Source of the DNA: Alphaproteobacteria bacterium
GTDB taxonomy: Bacteria; Pseudomonadota; Alphaproteobacteria; UBA7887
DNA: 64,000 bases
Assembly (NCBI GenBank): GCA_965216755.1
Contig: CBDCGL010000011.1
Coordinates: 3,808,001 to 3,872,000, forward strand
Direction: 5' to 3'
Both the position numbers and the translations under genes were made by a program. Shown piece by piece: positions 28,664 to 38,809 of the stretch; the first letter of the stretch is position 1, and each line of letters starts with the position of its first letter. The notes beneath the pieces are model-generated. The model was not told the DNA's origin. It ran no database searches and was given only the letters and a program-made list of their open reading frames with translations.

Positions 28664-29068
28664 TCATGACGTGCGCATGACACGAGAGACCAAGACAAAA
28701 GTCAAAACAGCCGCGATTGGTGTCAGGATCGCCTGTGCCAACAAGGGGGCGGTGCCCCACCGGGTCAGCTGCGCCAGACTGATCGCATTGAGGGCGTAGA
28801 CGCCGGCATAGGTGAATGCGTATGCCGGGAGGCGTTTGAAACCGCGCGTTGCGAAAATGAAGCGTGCGGACAGGATATAGTTGAACATCACGCCGATCGA
28901 AAATGACAAGAGTAGCGCCATTTGGGCACCGAGCCCGCCCAGGACCAAAGCCGCATAGACGGCATAGCCAAAGACCGTATTGACGGCGCCCAAGACCACG
29001 AATTTTGCGAACCGACGGCGGGTTTCGGCGTCGGGCAGGCGAAACCGCGCAGCCGGCTTAGCCGCCAT
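28664..29068 (-). CDS. GtrA-family polyprenol-P-sugar flippase
   Basis: KFVVLGAVNTVFGY, FNY...RFIF, four TM helices. Confidence 0.85.
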   Translation of the reverse strand: MAAKPAARFRLPDAETRRRFAKFVVLGAVNTVFGYAVYAALVLGGLGAQMALLLSFSIGVMFNYILSARFIFATRGFKRLPAYAFTYAGVYALNAISLAQLTRWGTAPLLAQAILTPIAAVLTFVLVSRVMRTS

Positions 29069-29987
29069 GAGCACGAAACCAAGCGATGGTCCGGTCGATC
29101 CCACGATCAAGATCAAACCGGGGGCGAAAACCGATCGCGTCCCTGAGCCGCGTGACGTCGGCGACCAGCCGCGCTGGCTCGGATTCGGCCAAGGGCTTGG
29201 CGCCGAAGCGAACAAGCTCGGGGCGGCCGATCTTTTCCGCCGCCGTTTCGACCAGTTCGCGCACCGCTATGCCGTGGCCGCTCGCCACATTGATGGCGCC
29301 GTCAAAGTTCTGCGCGACCAGCATTGCAAACGCGCGCCCGATGTCTTCGCTATAGAGATAGTCCCGGACTTGCGTGCCGGGCGTGCAGTCAACCGGTTGT
29401 TCGTTGAGCAGCGCTGTAATGACTTGATGGATCAACCGGCCGCCCGGTTCGGCGGGCCCATAGCAAAAAAAGATTCGCCCCCACGCCAACGACACGCCGT
29501 GGTCGGCGCACAGGCCCCTCAGTGCGGCGTGCGCCTGGACTTTTGCGCGGCCGTAGGATGTCGCCGGGGCAAGCGGCGTGCGGTCTTCGCGCAATGTCTC
29601 ATGATTCCAGTCATATTCCGCGCAGCTACCACTGACCACCATGCGTTGGCCGCCGGCGGCGGCGAAAGCACGTGCCAACGCGATCGTTGCTGCGGCCCAT
29701 TTGTCATTGGCTGGTGACGTCCAGCGTGTCCGCGTGTCGCCATGCCAAGCGAAATGCAGCAAATGGGAGGGACTCAGCCGGGCGAGTAAATCGCCGACGG
29801 CGCGTTCATCGAGCAAATCCACCTGGTGCTCGTGACATCTCGCGCGCAGCTCTTCCGCTAAGCCATCGCGGGCCGATCGCCGGTGGCTGAAGAGATGTGG
29901 CGTGTAGCCCAGCGCCAACAACGGTGCGATCGCGTGTCGTCCGATAAATCCGCTGGCGCCGGTGACGGCAATGCAGTGTGCGGCCAT
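29058..29987 (-). CDS. NAD-dependent epimerase/4-ketoreductase (extended SDR)
   Basis: TGASGFIG, GSCAEY, YGRAK, GRIFFCYGP.E, RDYL. Confidence 0.88.
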   Translation of the reverse strand: MAAHCIAVTGASGFIGRHAIAPLLALGYTPHLFSHRRSARDGLAEELRARCHEHQVDLLDERAVGDLLARLSPSHLLHFAWHGDTRTRWTSPANDKWAAATIALARAFAAAGGQRMVVSGSCAEYDWNHETLREDRTPLAPATSYGRAKVQAHAALRGLCADHGVSLAWGRIFFCYGPAEPGGRLIHQVITALLNEQPVDCTPGTQVRDYLYSEDIGRAFAMLVAQNFDGAINVASGHGIAVRELVETAAEKIGRPELVRFGAKPLAESEPARLVADVTRLRDAIGFRPRFDLDRGIDRTIAWFRAHGG

Positions 29988-30003
29988 TTGCGCGCGCCTC
30001 GGC

Positions 30004-31245
30004 CTAGGGCGTGACCGTCAGTTTCGGAATTGCGGTGACGAATTGGCAACCGCGATCGCGCAATTCTTTCAGTTGGCCGATGACCTCGTCGCGGATGTTC
30101 CAGGGCAGGATCAAGACGTAGTCCGGCGCGTCGGCGATAAGTTTGTCAACGGGGAAGACCGGAATTCGGCTGCCCGGCAAAAATGTATTTTGCTTCGCCG
30201 GGTTGCGATCAACAACGTAGCCGACGAGATCAGGTCCAATGTGGCAATAGTTCAAAAGCGTATTGCCTTTTGCAGCGGCGCCGTAGCCGGCGGTCTTGGC
30301 GCCGCGGTCCTTGGCCCGGTGAAGAAACGACAATAGATCGTCCTTGATGGTTCCGACCTTCGCGTCGAAACCTTCATAGCCGCGCCGGTCGTCCAAATGG
30401 GCCCCACGTTCCTTGCGGCGGATGGCTTCGACATTGTCCGTCGTGGCATGGTCAGCGTCATCGCGGCATGCGAACACACGCAACGAACCGCCATGGGTCG
30501 GAATCTCCATGACGTCGAAAACACGCAGACCGTGCTTAGAGAAAATTTTGGTCACCGTCAGCAGCGACAAATAGGCGAAGTGTTCGTGATAGATGGTATC
30601 GAATTGGACCTCGGCGATCAGATTGAGAAGGTGCGGGAATTCGACGGTATAGACCGCGTCGCCAGTAAGCAATCGTGCGACCCCTGCGACAAAATCGTTG
30701 ATGTCGGGCACATGGGCGAGAACATTCTTCGACGCGATCAGCCGCGGCTTGTGACCTTTCGCTTGTAAATCGGCGGCCAACGACTCGCCAAAAAAAGCGA
30801 CCAAGGTCGGCACGCTCTTTGCGCACGCGGCGTCCGCGACATTCTGCGCCGGTTCGATTCCCAGTACGGGAATTCCTTGCTCAACAAAATATTGCAACAA
30901 ATAGCCATCATTGCTGGCGATCTCGATCACTTCGGTATCGCGATCCAAGTCGAACCGGTCGATCATCAAATGTGCGTAGTGCCGCGCGTGTGTGAGCCAG
31001 GTTTCGGAGAACGACGAGAAATAGGCGTAATGGCCAAAAATCTCTGTTGCCGGCACGACATTGTCGACTTGCACGAGCCAGCACTGATGGCACACGCGCA
31101 CATGCAACGGGTAGAAAGGATCCGCGTGCGCTGCGTCCTCTGGCGCAACATAGGAATTGGCCAAAGGCGACATGCCCAAATTGATCAAGGTTTGTCGCAA
31201 TAATGCGCCGCAATTCTGGCAATGTGGCCCGTGCGCCACCGTCAT
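30004..31245 (-). CDS. NDP-hexose 3-C-methyltransferase (Zn-binding, SAM-dependent)
   Basis: CQNCG..PLAN..CHQCWLVQ, EIASNDGYLL, NVLAH, FDTIYHEH, HGGSLR, YGAAAKGNTLLN, ILPWN. Confidence 0.9.
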   Translation of the reverse strand: MTVAHGPHCQNCGALLRQTLINLGMSPLANSYVAPEDAAHADPFYPLHVRVCHQCWLVQVDNVVPATEIFGHYAYFSSFSETWLTHARHYAHLMIDRFDLDRDTEVIEIASNDGYLLQYFVEQGIPVLGIEPAQNVADAACAKSVPTLVAFFGESLAADLQAKGHKPRLIASKNVLAHVPDINDFVAGVARLLTGDAVYTVEFPHLLNLIAEVQFDTIYHEHFAYLSLLTVTKIFSKHGLRVFDVMEIPTHGGSLRVFACRDDADHATTDNVEAIRRKERGAHLDDRRGYEGFDAKVGTIKDDLLSFLHRAKDRGAKTAGYGAAAKGNTLLNYCHIGPDLVGYVVDRNPAKQNTFLPGSRIPVFPVDKLIADAPDYVLILPWNIRDEVIGQLKELRDRGCQFVTAIPKLTVTP

Positions 31246-32360
31246 GGGGTTGCTTTTGTCGGCGTGGCTGTGCAGCGGTGCATGTGGGCATTGATCTGTC
31301 GGTTGGTCAACGCGCGCAGGTCATCGCCACGCGACCAAGCGACATACCAATCCGCGGTCAAACGCACTGCCTGGTCAAGGCTGAGCAACGGCTGCCATCC
31401 CAGCCGTTCCTTGGCCTTTGCACAATCAAGCCGCAGGCGCCCGGCTTCGTGCGGCGCGTTGCCGTCACTTGCATCCATGGTGACCCGGCCTTTGCCGAGT
31501 GCACTGATCATTGTTTCAGCAACATACTGAACCGACTGTTCATCACGTGGTTCGGGCCCAAAGTTCCAAGCCGTGTCGGCGCCGTCGGTGCCGTTTGTCA
31601 AGGCTTCCGCCAGGCGCATGTAGCCCCGCAGTGGCTCCAAGACATGTTGCCAAGGCCGAATCGCTGCCGGATTGCGCAAGTGGATCGCGCCACTGGCGCC
31701 GAGGCAACCGCGGACAATATCGGGGATCAGTCGGTCGTCGGCCCAATCGCCGCCGCCGATCACATTGCCGGCCCGCGCGGTCGCGATCTTGGCGCCGTGA
31801 CCTTCATTGGCGAAGGGCGCAAAAAAGCTCTTCTGCATCGATTGCGCGGCGATTTCGGTACAGCCCTTGCTGGCGCTATAGGGGTCGTGGCCGCCAAGTC
31901 TATCGCTTTCTCGGTAGCCCCAAACCCACTCTTGATTTTCATAACATTTGTCGCTGGTCACCACGACGACCGCCGTGACCGACGGGATCGTGCGAATGAC
32001 ATCCAAAAGCGTGACGGTTCCAACCACGTTGGTCATGAAGGTCTCGATAGGCTCACAATAGGAATATCGAACCAGTGACTGGGCCGCCATATGGAAGACG
32101 ATCTCTGGCTGGTAGGCCCTCAGCACATTGGCAAGTTTGGCGCGGTCGTTGATATCGAACAAATGCGAGCGCATGTCTTGCGCCAACGCCAAGAGTTCGA
32201 ACATGTTGGGCGCGGATTGCGGGCTGAGCGCGACGCCTTCCAGACGCGCACCGAGACGATGCAACCAGGCGCACAGCCAGCTACCCTTGAAGCCCGTGTG
32301 CCCGGTGACCAGAACCTTGCGCCCGGCCCAAAATCCAGGATCTATGGCCAGACCTTCCAC
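31242..32360 (-). CDS. rfbG: CDP-glucose 4,6-dehydratase
   Basis: TGHTGFKGSWL, TSDKCY, DPYSASK, RAGNVIGGGDW, RPWQHVLEPL. Confidence 0.95.
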   Translation of the reverse strand: MEGLAIDPGFWAGRKVLVTGHTGFKGSWLCAWLHRLGARLEGVALSPQSAPNMFELLALAQDMRSHLFDINDRAKLANVLRAYQPEIVFHMAAQSLVRYSYCEPIETFMTNVVGTVTLLDVIRTIPSVTAVVVVTSDKCYENQEWVWGYRESDRLGGHDPYSASKGCTEIAAQSMQKSFFAPFANEGHGAKIATARAGNVIGGGDWADDRLIPDIVRGCLGASGAIHLRNPAAIRPWQHVLEPLRGYMRLAEALTNGTDGADTAWNFGPEPRDEQSVQYVAETMISALGKGRVTMDASDGNAPHEAGRLRLDCAKAKERLGWQPLLSLDQAVRLTADWYVAWSRGDDLRALTNRQINAHMHRCTATPTKATP

Positions 32361-33115
32361 GGCGCCTTTTCCTCTACCCAAAGGTTTTCCAGCAATGTCT
32401 TGTCGCGCAGCGTATCCATGGGCTGCCAAAAGCCGCGATGTCTGTACGCATGAAGCTGACCTTCGCTGGCCAGGCGTTCCAATGGCGCGCGTTCCCAAAC
32501 GGTCTTGTCGTCGTCCAGATAAGCCCCGACCTTTGGCGACAGCACGAAAAATCCGCCATTGATCCAGCCACCTTCACCGTCGGGTTTTTCGGCAAAATCG
32601 ACTACTTTCGATTTGCTGATGGCCAACTGACCAAATCGCTTCGGCGGCGGCACCGCCGTGATCGTGGCCAGCCCCTTATGTTTGCGGTGAAAGGTGGCGA
32701 GCGCGGCGATATCGATGTCGGCGACGCCGTCGCCATAGGTCAAACAAAATGCCTCGTCTTGTTTCAGCATCGGCAATATCCGTTTGATCCGTCCGCCCGT
32801 CATGGTTTCCATGCCCGTGTCAATCAACGTCACGCGCCACGGTTCGGCCTGGTTGTGGATCACCTCCATGGCGCCGCGGCCCAGGTCGAACGATACGTCA
32901 CTCATATGCAAGTGGTAATTGGCGAAATACTCTTTGACGACGTAGCCCTTGTAGCCCAGGCAAACGATGAAGTCATCGATGCCCCAGTGGCTGTAAATCT
33001 TCATGATGTGCCACAGCATCGGCCGGCCGCCGATCTCGACCATCGGTTTTGGGATGCGCTGGGTTTCCTCGCTGAGGCGGGTTCCCAAGCCGCCAGCCAA
33101 GATGACACATTTCAT
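32342..33115 (-). CDS. rfbF: Glucose-1-phosphate cytidylyltransferase
   Basis: ILAGGLGTRLSEET..IPKPM, TMTGGR, TYGDG, FWQPMDTLRDK, APWKVW. Confidence 0.95.
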   Translation of the reverse strand: MKCVILAGGLGTRLSEETQRIPKPMVEIGGRPMLWHIMKIYSHWGIDDFIVCLGYKGYVVKEYFANYHLHMSDVSFDLGRGAMEVIHNQAEPWRVTLIDTGMETMTGGRIKRILPMLKQDEAFCLTYGDGVADIDIAALATFHRKHKGLATITAVPPPKRFGQLAISKSKVVDFAEKPDGEGGWINGGFFVLSPKVGAYLDDDKTVWERAPLERLASEGQLHAYRHRGFWQPMDTLRDKTLLENLWVEEKAPWKVWP

Positions 33116-33368
33116 CGGGTTCGCTTCCTGTATTGTGCGACCGTGTGCGGCTCTATACACGGTGTTATGCGTCTCGTCACGACGGTGCGTCTTTTGTCGG
33201 CCGGCGCCGATTTGATTGTCGTCGGATTTTGTTAAGCGAATACATATAATGCACGCATGAGAACGGGTAACGCGTTCGCTCGTGTGGCTGTCGAACCAGG
33301 GGATGTAAGGCCGCACGGATCTGAATGGCCAGGGAGAAGGCCCTCGTGACGCCGATTTGGGCATTGCC

Positions 33369-34589
33369 ATGACGGGGCATGTCGATGTGTCGGGGGCGCC
33401 GATCCGAATCGGCGTCGACGCGACATGTTGGACCAATGACCGAGGTTTCGGCCGATTCACCCGTGAACTGCTCACCGCGCTCGCCGTCCGCAACGACGGT
33501 TTCAGCTATACGCTTGTGTTCGATCAACCGCCGCCGCCAGGCACGGTGCCCGCGGGCGTGGCGGTCGCGAGCGCCAAGACCCGCCGCACCCTCGGTAACT
33601 CCGCCGTGGGTACGTCGTCGCGCTCGCTCACATATCTCTGGCAAATGGGCCGCCTTGTGCGCGCGGGCCGCTTCGATCTGTTCTTCTTTCCGGCTGTCTA
33701 TTCCTATTTTCCCTTGTTAGCGCGCGTGCCTTGTGTCGTCTGTTACCATGACGCGACGGCCGAACGGCTGCCACATTTGTTGTTCGCGAACCGATTGAAT
33801 TGGTGGCTCTGGCGCGCGAAAACAGAGCTGGCGCGCCTGCAGACGACCCGTGCGATGACTGTTTCGCTGACCTCGGCGCACGATGTCGAGACGATCTTGC
33901 GAATCCCGCGAGACAAGATCGACGTTGTCTCGGAAGCGGCCGATCCGGTTTTTCGGGCAATCGATGATCGACAAATAACTGCCACGGCAAGAAAGCGCTA
34001 TGATATCCCCGAAGATGCCGAATTGTTGGTGCACGTTGGTGGCATGAATGCCCACAAGAACATTCTTGGTTTACTGAAGGCCATGCCCGACGTTGTTGCG
34101 CGACAGCCGCAGGTACATTTGGCCATTGTTGGTGATCTTTCCGGCAAGGGATTTTGGGACAATGTTCCTGTCTTGATGGATTTTGCGCAGAACCATCCAG
34201 GTCTTCGATCGCGGGTCCACTTTACCGGGTATGTTGCCGATGCCGAACTGGTCGAGCTGCTCAGCGGGTGCGCCGCTTTGGTGTTTCCGTCGCTATGGGA
34301 GGGTTTTGGTCTGCCGGCGGTCGAAGCGATGTCGTGCGGTGTGCCCGTGCTGGCGAGTGACCGGGGCAGTTTGCCTGAGGTGATCGGCGATGCCGGACTG
34401 TTTTTTGACCCGGAAGACCCGGTCGATATCACCCGGTGTGTCCTGTCATTTCTAGCTGATGCGGATGCGCGACACACGCTCAGAGAACGGGCCTTGGCTC
34501 GGGCTCAGATGTTTAGCTGGGACAAGGCGGCCGCGCGCGCCGCGGAGAGTTTTCGGCGCTGCTACGAGGATGCGCGGCGTTCCCGTTAG
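33369..34589 (+). CDS. GT4 (group 1) glycosyltransferase
   Basis: G.GRFT, YHD, HKN, FPSLWEGFGLPAVEAM. Confidence 0.92.
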   Translation: MTGHVDVSGAPIRIGVDATCWTNDRGFGRFTRELLTALAVRNDGFSYTLVFDQPPPPGTVPAGVAVASAKTRRTLGNSAVGTSSRSLTYLWQMGRLVRAGRFDLFFFPAVYSYFPLLARVPCVVCYHDATAERLPHLLFANRLNWWLWRAKTELARLQTTRAMTVSLTSAHDVETILRIPRDKIDVVSEAADPVFRAIDDRQITATARKRYDIPEDAELLVHVGGMNAHKNILGLLKAMPDVVARQPQVHLAIVGDLSGKGFWDNVPVLMDFAQNHPGLRSRVHFTGYVADAELVELLSGCAALVFPSLWEGFGLPAVEAMSCGVPVLASDRGSLPEVIGDAGLFFDPEDPVDITRCVLSFLADADARHTLRERALARAQMFSWDKAAARAAESFRRCYEDARRSR

Positions 34590-36046
34590 TCTTCGACCAC
34601 ATGCGATTTGAAGTCCACGCGATAGTCGGACCATCGATTGCGGTCGAAGGTGCCGTCGGGCCGCAAGCAATCGGCGGCGGCGTAGGCCATGGCCATGGCA
34701 TGATGCGTATTGTCATGGGCGAACAACCCCTGGCGACCGAATGTCAACAGGCCACCGATTTCGGAAAGCCAAGAGTCCATGACCTCGAAATGCCGCTCAT
34801 AGTCGCGGTCATAGACCGGATAGGCGTGGGCGAGGCGGCGCGTGACGACCGTCTTGACGGGCGCGTCGACGGGCAGGTCGACGCTTGCCAACCATCCACA
34901 AAGGCGTGCACCCAGATCTTGATCGGTCAAGGCCCATTCCGGTTGACCGGGGTCGGACGGCAATTCCGCACATAGCACGGTCTGGCCAGCGGGATGCGCA
35001 GCGGCTCGGTAATTCTTGGGCTCGGACATGCGCGATATGGGAATCGTGCTCTCTGGGAAGTAATGGGCGTCGTAGGCACTGAACTGAGGTTGTTCGAGCA
35101 CCAAATAGATCAGGATCATGCCGCGGAAACGGATACTGTCGGCGGCCGCGCGGACCGCCGGCGGCGCCGGCGGGTCAATCATATGTATGAGTAAGCTAAT
35201 CGGTAGGGTTGACCAGACAATGTCGCTGCGCAGTGACGTGTCCTGTCCATTCTGGCGATAACGCACGGCGGTGACGCGTCCATCTTCGATGTCGATACCG
35301 TTGACAGTGGCATCGAACGCAAACTCGACGCCAAAGGCCGTCGCCGCCGTGTGCAGGCTCTGCGAGATCTGGCCGAATCCGTCACGCGGATAATAGAATC
35401 CGCCCGCCTGCGCCGTACGCAGGCCGGGCAGTTGACGCGCGACTTTGGCAAGGATCTTTCCGATGGAGCTTCCCGAAACACGCCGTTCGGCAAGGGTGAC
35501 CACCAAGTCCTCCGGTGCCACCCCCCAAAGCTTGCGCACGTAAGGAAAGTAGAACGACTCACACATCGCGGTGCCCAGGCCGTGCTGCAAAGTGGTGGCG
35601 AAGTTCGGGTTAGCGACTGGGGCCCGTGGCAATGCATTGCGTAGAGCGCCAAGAGCCAATGTCAGAGCAAAGCTCTTAGGCAAGCGCAACAGCAGGTCGA
35701 ATGGTTTGAGTGGAAAATGGATCCAGCGCCCTTTCAGGCGAATCCGACCATGGCGGGGGCGCCACAGCAGGTCGTCGCCCAATAAAGAGCGCAGGTCGTC
35801 GAGCACCCGCGGTTCGGCGACGGGATGCAGGCGATGGCTGCCGAAGTCGCACCAGACACCGTCGACCATAAAACTTGCTGCGTTGCCGCCGACGTCGCCC
35901 CGTTTCTCGACCACCGTGACATCGGCTTTGCGATCCCGTGCAAGGGCATAGCCGGCCGCCACGCCCGCTGGACCGGCGCCCAGCACGGCGACGCGCGGCA
36001 ACGGCGATGCACGGTGCGCGCGGGCATCGATTGGCGTCCCGTTCAT
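34586..36046 (-). CDS. FAD-dependent oxidoreductase, HemY/UDP-galactopyranose-mutase-like
   Basis: GAGPAG, VGG, DFGSHRL, KLWG, YYPRDGFG, RMSEPKN, AYPVY, GRQGLF.HDNTHH. Confidence 0.8.
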   Translation of the reverse strand: MNGTPIDARAHRASPLPRVAVLGAGPAGVAAGYALARDRKADVTVVEKRGDVGGNAASFMVDGVWCDFGSHRLHPVAEPRVLDDLRSLLGDDLLWRPRHGRIRLKGRWIHFPLKPFDLLLRLPKSFALTLALGALRNALPRAPVANPNFATTLQHGLGTAMCESFYFPYVRKLWGVAPEDLVVTLAERRVSGSSIGKILAKVARQLPGLRTAQAGGFYYPRDGFGQISQSLHTAATAFGVEFAFDATVNGIDIEDGRVTAVRYRQNGQDTSLRSDIVWSTLPISLLIHMIDPPAPPAVRAAADSIRFRGMILIYLVLEQPQFSAYDAHYFPESTIPISRMSEPKNYRAAAHPAGQTVLCAELPSDPGQPEWALTDQDLGARLCGWLASVDLPVDAPVKTVVTRRLAHAYPVYDRDYERHFEVMDSWLSEIGGLLTFGRQGLFAHDNTHHAMAMAYAAADCLRPDGTFDRNRWSDYRVDFKSHVVED

Positions 36047-36987
36047 ACGGGACCCGCCTGGCGCGCGCGCTCACGGCGCATCGACAGCGCAAACGCAATG
36101 CCACCTAGAAGACCCGACGCAAAAAGGATCGTTTGCCAAACCAGGCCGACCGCCACGACCTTTGCCGCGTCGGCGCCGAAGGGCGTGAGCATCGTCGCCA
36201 AGCTCGCCTCGCGCACGCCCAGGCCGGAGATGCTGATCGGCACAATGGCAACGAGTTTGGCCAACGGCCATGCAAAAAACCAGTGCGCAGCTTGTGCATC
36301 GACCGCGCTGGCCGCGCCCAACGCAACGTTCAATCCAACGAACACGGCTTGCACGCTGATCGATAAGCCAAAACAAAATAACAGACGGCCCGGCATGCGT
36401 CGGAATTCTGTCATAACGCTTGTGATCTTCTCCACAATCCCGCTTTGACTGAGCCGTGGAACAATAATGAGTGCGAGAATGATCGCCGCGGCCGCAACGA
36501 AAAGAACACTGCCAATCGCCAACAACGGACCACGCCACACAATGGCGGGTCCCAGAGCCGTCAAGGCGCCGGCTGCCGACAAAGCAAGCAAAGCAAAGCT
36601 GTCCAAGAACCGGTCGGCGAGCGATCCGATAGCGACCCGTGCCTTGTTGCTGGCGGGTTGTAGCACCAATCCGGCCCGGACCACGTCGCCACCCGCGATC
36701 CCCGGCAAGCACAAATTCGCCGCCAGTCCGGCAAAGTGCGCCCTGATGGCGGTGGCAAAGGGAATGTCGGCGTGGCGGCTGGTCAGAAGCCACCATTTGG
36801 TGGCGGCGATCACATGCCCACCCAAAAATGCAAGAAGAACGCCGGTCCACAGCAACGGTGGGATACTGGACATAGTTTGCCAAACCTCGCCAATGGGCAA
36901 TATGGCAAACGTCGCCGTAAGAACGAGCGCTGACCCAACGACCCGGATCACCCATGACCGCGGAATCCGCTTGAACGGTGTTGTCAT
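36043..36987 (-). CDS. LPG-synthase TM (UPF0104) flippase-like membrane protein
   Basis: KWW, N..LPG..GGDVVR, ADRFLD, PISISGLGVRE. Confidence 0.85.
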   Translation of the reverse strand: MTTPFKRIPRSWVIRVVGSALVLTATFAILPIGEVWQTMSSIPPLLWTGVLLAFLGGHVIAATKWWLLTSRHADIPFATAIRAHFAGLAANLCLPGIAGGDVVRAGLVLQPASNKARVAIGSLADRFLDSFALLALSAAGALTALGPAIVWRGPLLAIGSVLFVAAAAIILALIIVPRLSQSGIVEKITSVMTEFRRMPGRLLFCFGLSISVQAVFVGLNVALGAASAVDAQAAHWFFAWPLAKLVAIVPISISGLGVREASLATMLTPFGADAAKVVAVGLVWQTILFASGLLGGIAFALSMRRERARQAGPV

Positions 36988-37024
36988 GGCTCAACGCATC
37001 GTCGGCTTTGTCCGTGCGCCGAAC

Positions 37025-37942
37025 TCACGGACGTAAATGGAGACGCGAAATCATGTCGGCCAGCAAGCCCAATGACCAGACCATGATCCCACCCAATAGG
37101 CCAAGGACGGCGCTCTCCGACAGGTCGCCGATGAAGATGTCGTAGACCAGCTTGAGGACACCAAGCCCAAACAACACCGCACCGAGTGGCAAAAAAATAC
37201 GTAGTGGGCTAAATAAGACGATCGCGCGCAGGACCAACAAAATGAAACTGAAAAAATCGGAAGGCCTGATTTTCGATCGTCCGATTCGACGACCATAACT
37301 GATCGGGTAATAGGTGACGGCATGATCAGAGCAGATCATGCAAAGCGTGATTGTGGTGGTAAACGAAAAGCCAAGCGGCAGCAGCGGTAGAAATTGCGTC
37401 AAGGCGGCGCGGCGGAATATGCGCAAGCCCGAGTTCAAGTCGGGAATTTTGCGCCGCGCCAGATAGTTCGCCAAGCCGTTCAGGATGAACTTGGCGGGCC
37501 GGCGCACCAGCGGCACATTGTTGGCGCCAACTTGCCGGGCGCCGACCACCATGTCCGCTGTTTCGGCTTGCGCCAGCATGTCGGGCAGACACGCAGCCGG
37601 GTAGGTGCCGTCTGCATCAATGATCGCCACATAGTTCGAATTGCCTGCCAATATGCCCCGTTTCAGCGCCGCGCCGTAGCCGGAATTCTGTGCCAGCGAG
37701 ATGACGTGCGCGTCGCTGCGCTCAGCCTCGGCGCGTGTGTCATCGCGCGATCCATCGTCAACGACAATAATATCGAAATCTATGCCGCTCTTGGCCATCG
37801 CGTCGCGCACCGCAGCGACTGTTTGGAAAATCGCCTTTTCTTCGTTGTAAGCCGGGATCACAACGCTCAACGTGACGAATTCACGCGCTGAGTCGGGCGC
37901 GGCGCGGGTTTGTGGCACGGGCATTTCGCGCACTGACGTCAT
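37025..37942 (-). CDS. GT2 DPM1-like polyprenol-phosphate glycosyltransferase
   Basis: IPAYNEE, DDGSRD.T, GYGAALK, DADGTY, DLNSGLR, RIGRSKI, two C-terminal TMs. Confidence 0.9.
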   Translation of the reverse strand: MTSVREMPVPQTRAAPDSAREFVTLSVVIPAYNEEKAIFQTVAAVRDAMAKSGIDFDIIVVDDGSRDDTRAEAERSDAHVISLAQNSGYGAALKRGILAGNSNYVAIIDADGTYPAACLPDMLAQAETADMVVGARQVGANNVPLVRRPAKFILNGLANYLARRKIPDLNSGLRIFRRAALTQFLPLLPLGFSFTTTITLCMICSDHAVTYYPISYGRRIGRSKIRPSDFFSFILLVLRAIVLFSPLRIFLPLGAVLFGLGVLKLVYDIFIGDLSESAVLGLLGGIMVWSLGLLADMISRLHLRP

Positions 37943-38398
37943 GGATGGCGTGGGCGTGCCTTGCGCGGCGGCCGCGTCATCTTGCGCCGTCCTCGATGTC
38001 TGGTCATTTTGGATCTTGGGTTCCTATTCTGTGGTTTGTTGGTCGCCATGACCCCTTAGCATCGATCATCCTGGCGCTTGTCCACGGTATTGTATGCAAA
38101 TCTTGACAACAAGGCCTCTTGTTGCACATAGCGCACGCGGCATGAACGGACAAACGCGGGCCGTGACGGGGCAATTGAGCGCTCATAGCAAATCAACTTT
38201 AATCAGATGTTGAGGGTGTATGAGTTATTGTTTTCGTTAAATATTCGGCAATAATTCTGAGGCGAGTTGACGGATCTTTGGCGGTTTGTTAGAGACGCGT
38301 TTCACTCAGATCAGGATCGTTTTGAGCAGAATTGCGCGTTCCGATGTAGACTGGATGCGCATTGCCTGACAACGCGTTGATGACGGGAGATAGATTGC

Positions 38399-38743
38399 AT
38401 GAGCACAGTGTCCCGTGACGAGCAATTTGTCCGCAGCACATTCGCCCGGTTGGACCCGGTTGCGATGGGGGTGGCCTTGGGTGTCGTGTGCGCGGCCGCG
38501 CTGTGTTTGGGGACGGTCATTTTGTTGTTAAAGGGTGCCCCGCCGGGCCAGGAAGTCGGACCAAATCTGGCGAATATTGGCCATCTTTTGATCGGGTACG
38601 AAGTCACGTGGATCGGCAGCCTGATTGGTATTGCCTATGGCGGGCTGATCGGTGGTGCGCTGGGTGTCGGCTTCGCGTTTTTATGGAATGTCGCCCATTT
38701 GCTGATTTTGAGTGTCGTTTTGCTTGGCAGCGACGTGCTATGA
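38399..38743 (+). CDS. Hypothetical membrane protein, one copy of a GY-hairpin repeat domain
   Basis: GGGAG RBS; TM, GPNL...L.GYEVT..G..IG, TM. Confidence 0.75.
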   Translation: MSTVSRDEQFVRSTFARLDPVAMGVALGVVCAAALCLGTVILLLKGAPPGQEVGPNLANIGHLLIGYEVTWIGSLIGIAYGGLIGGALGVGFAFLWNVAHLLILSVVLLGSDVL

Positions 38744-38809
38744 GCGGATTGCTTATGACAGCTTTAACCGACGAACAGATCCATCAGGGCGTCGCACATG
38801 GGTGTTGAT

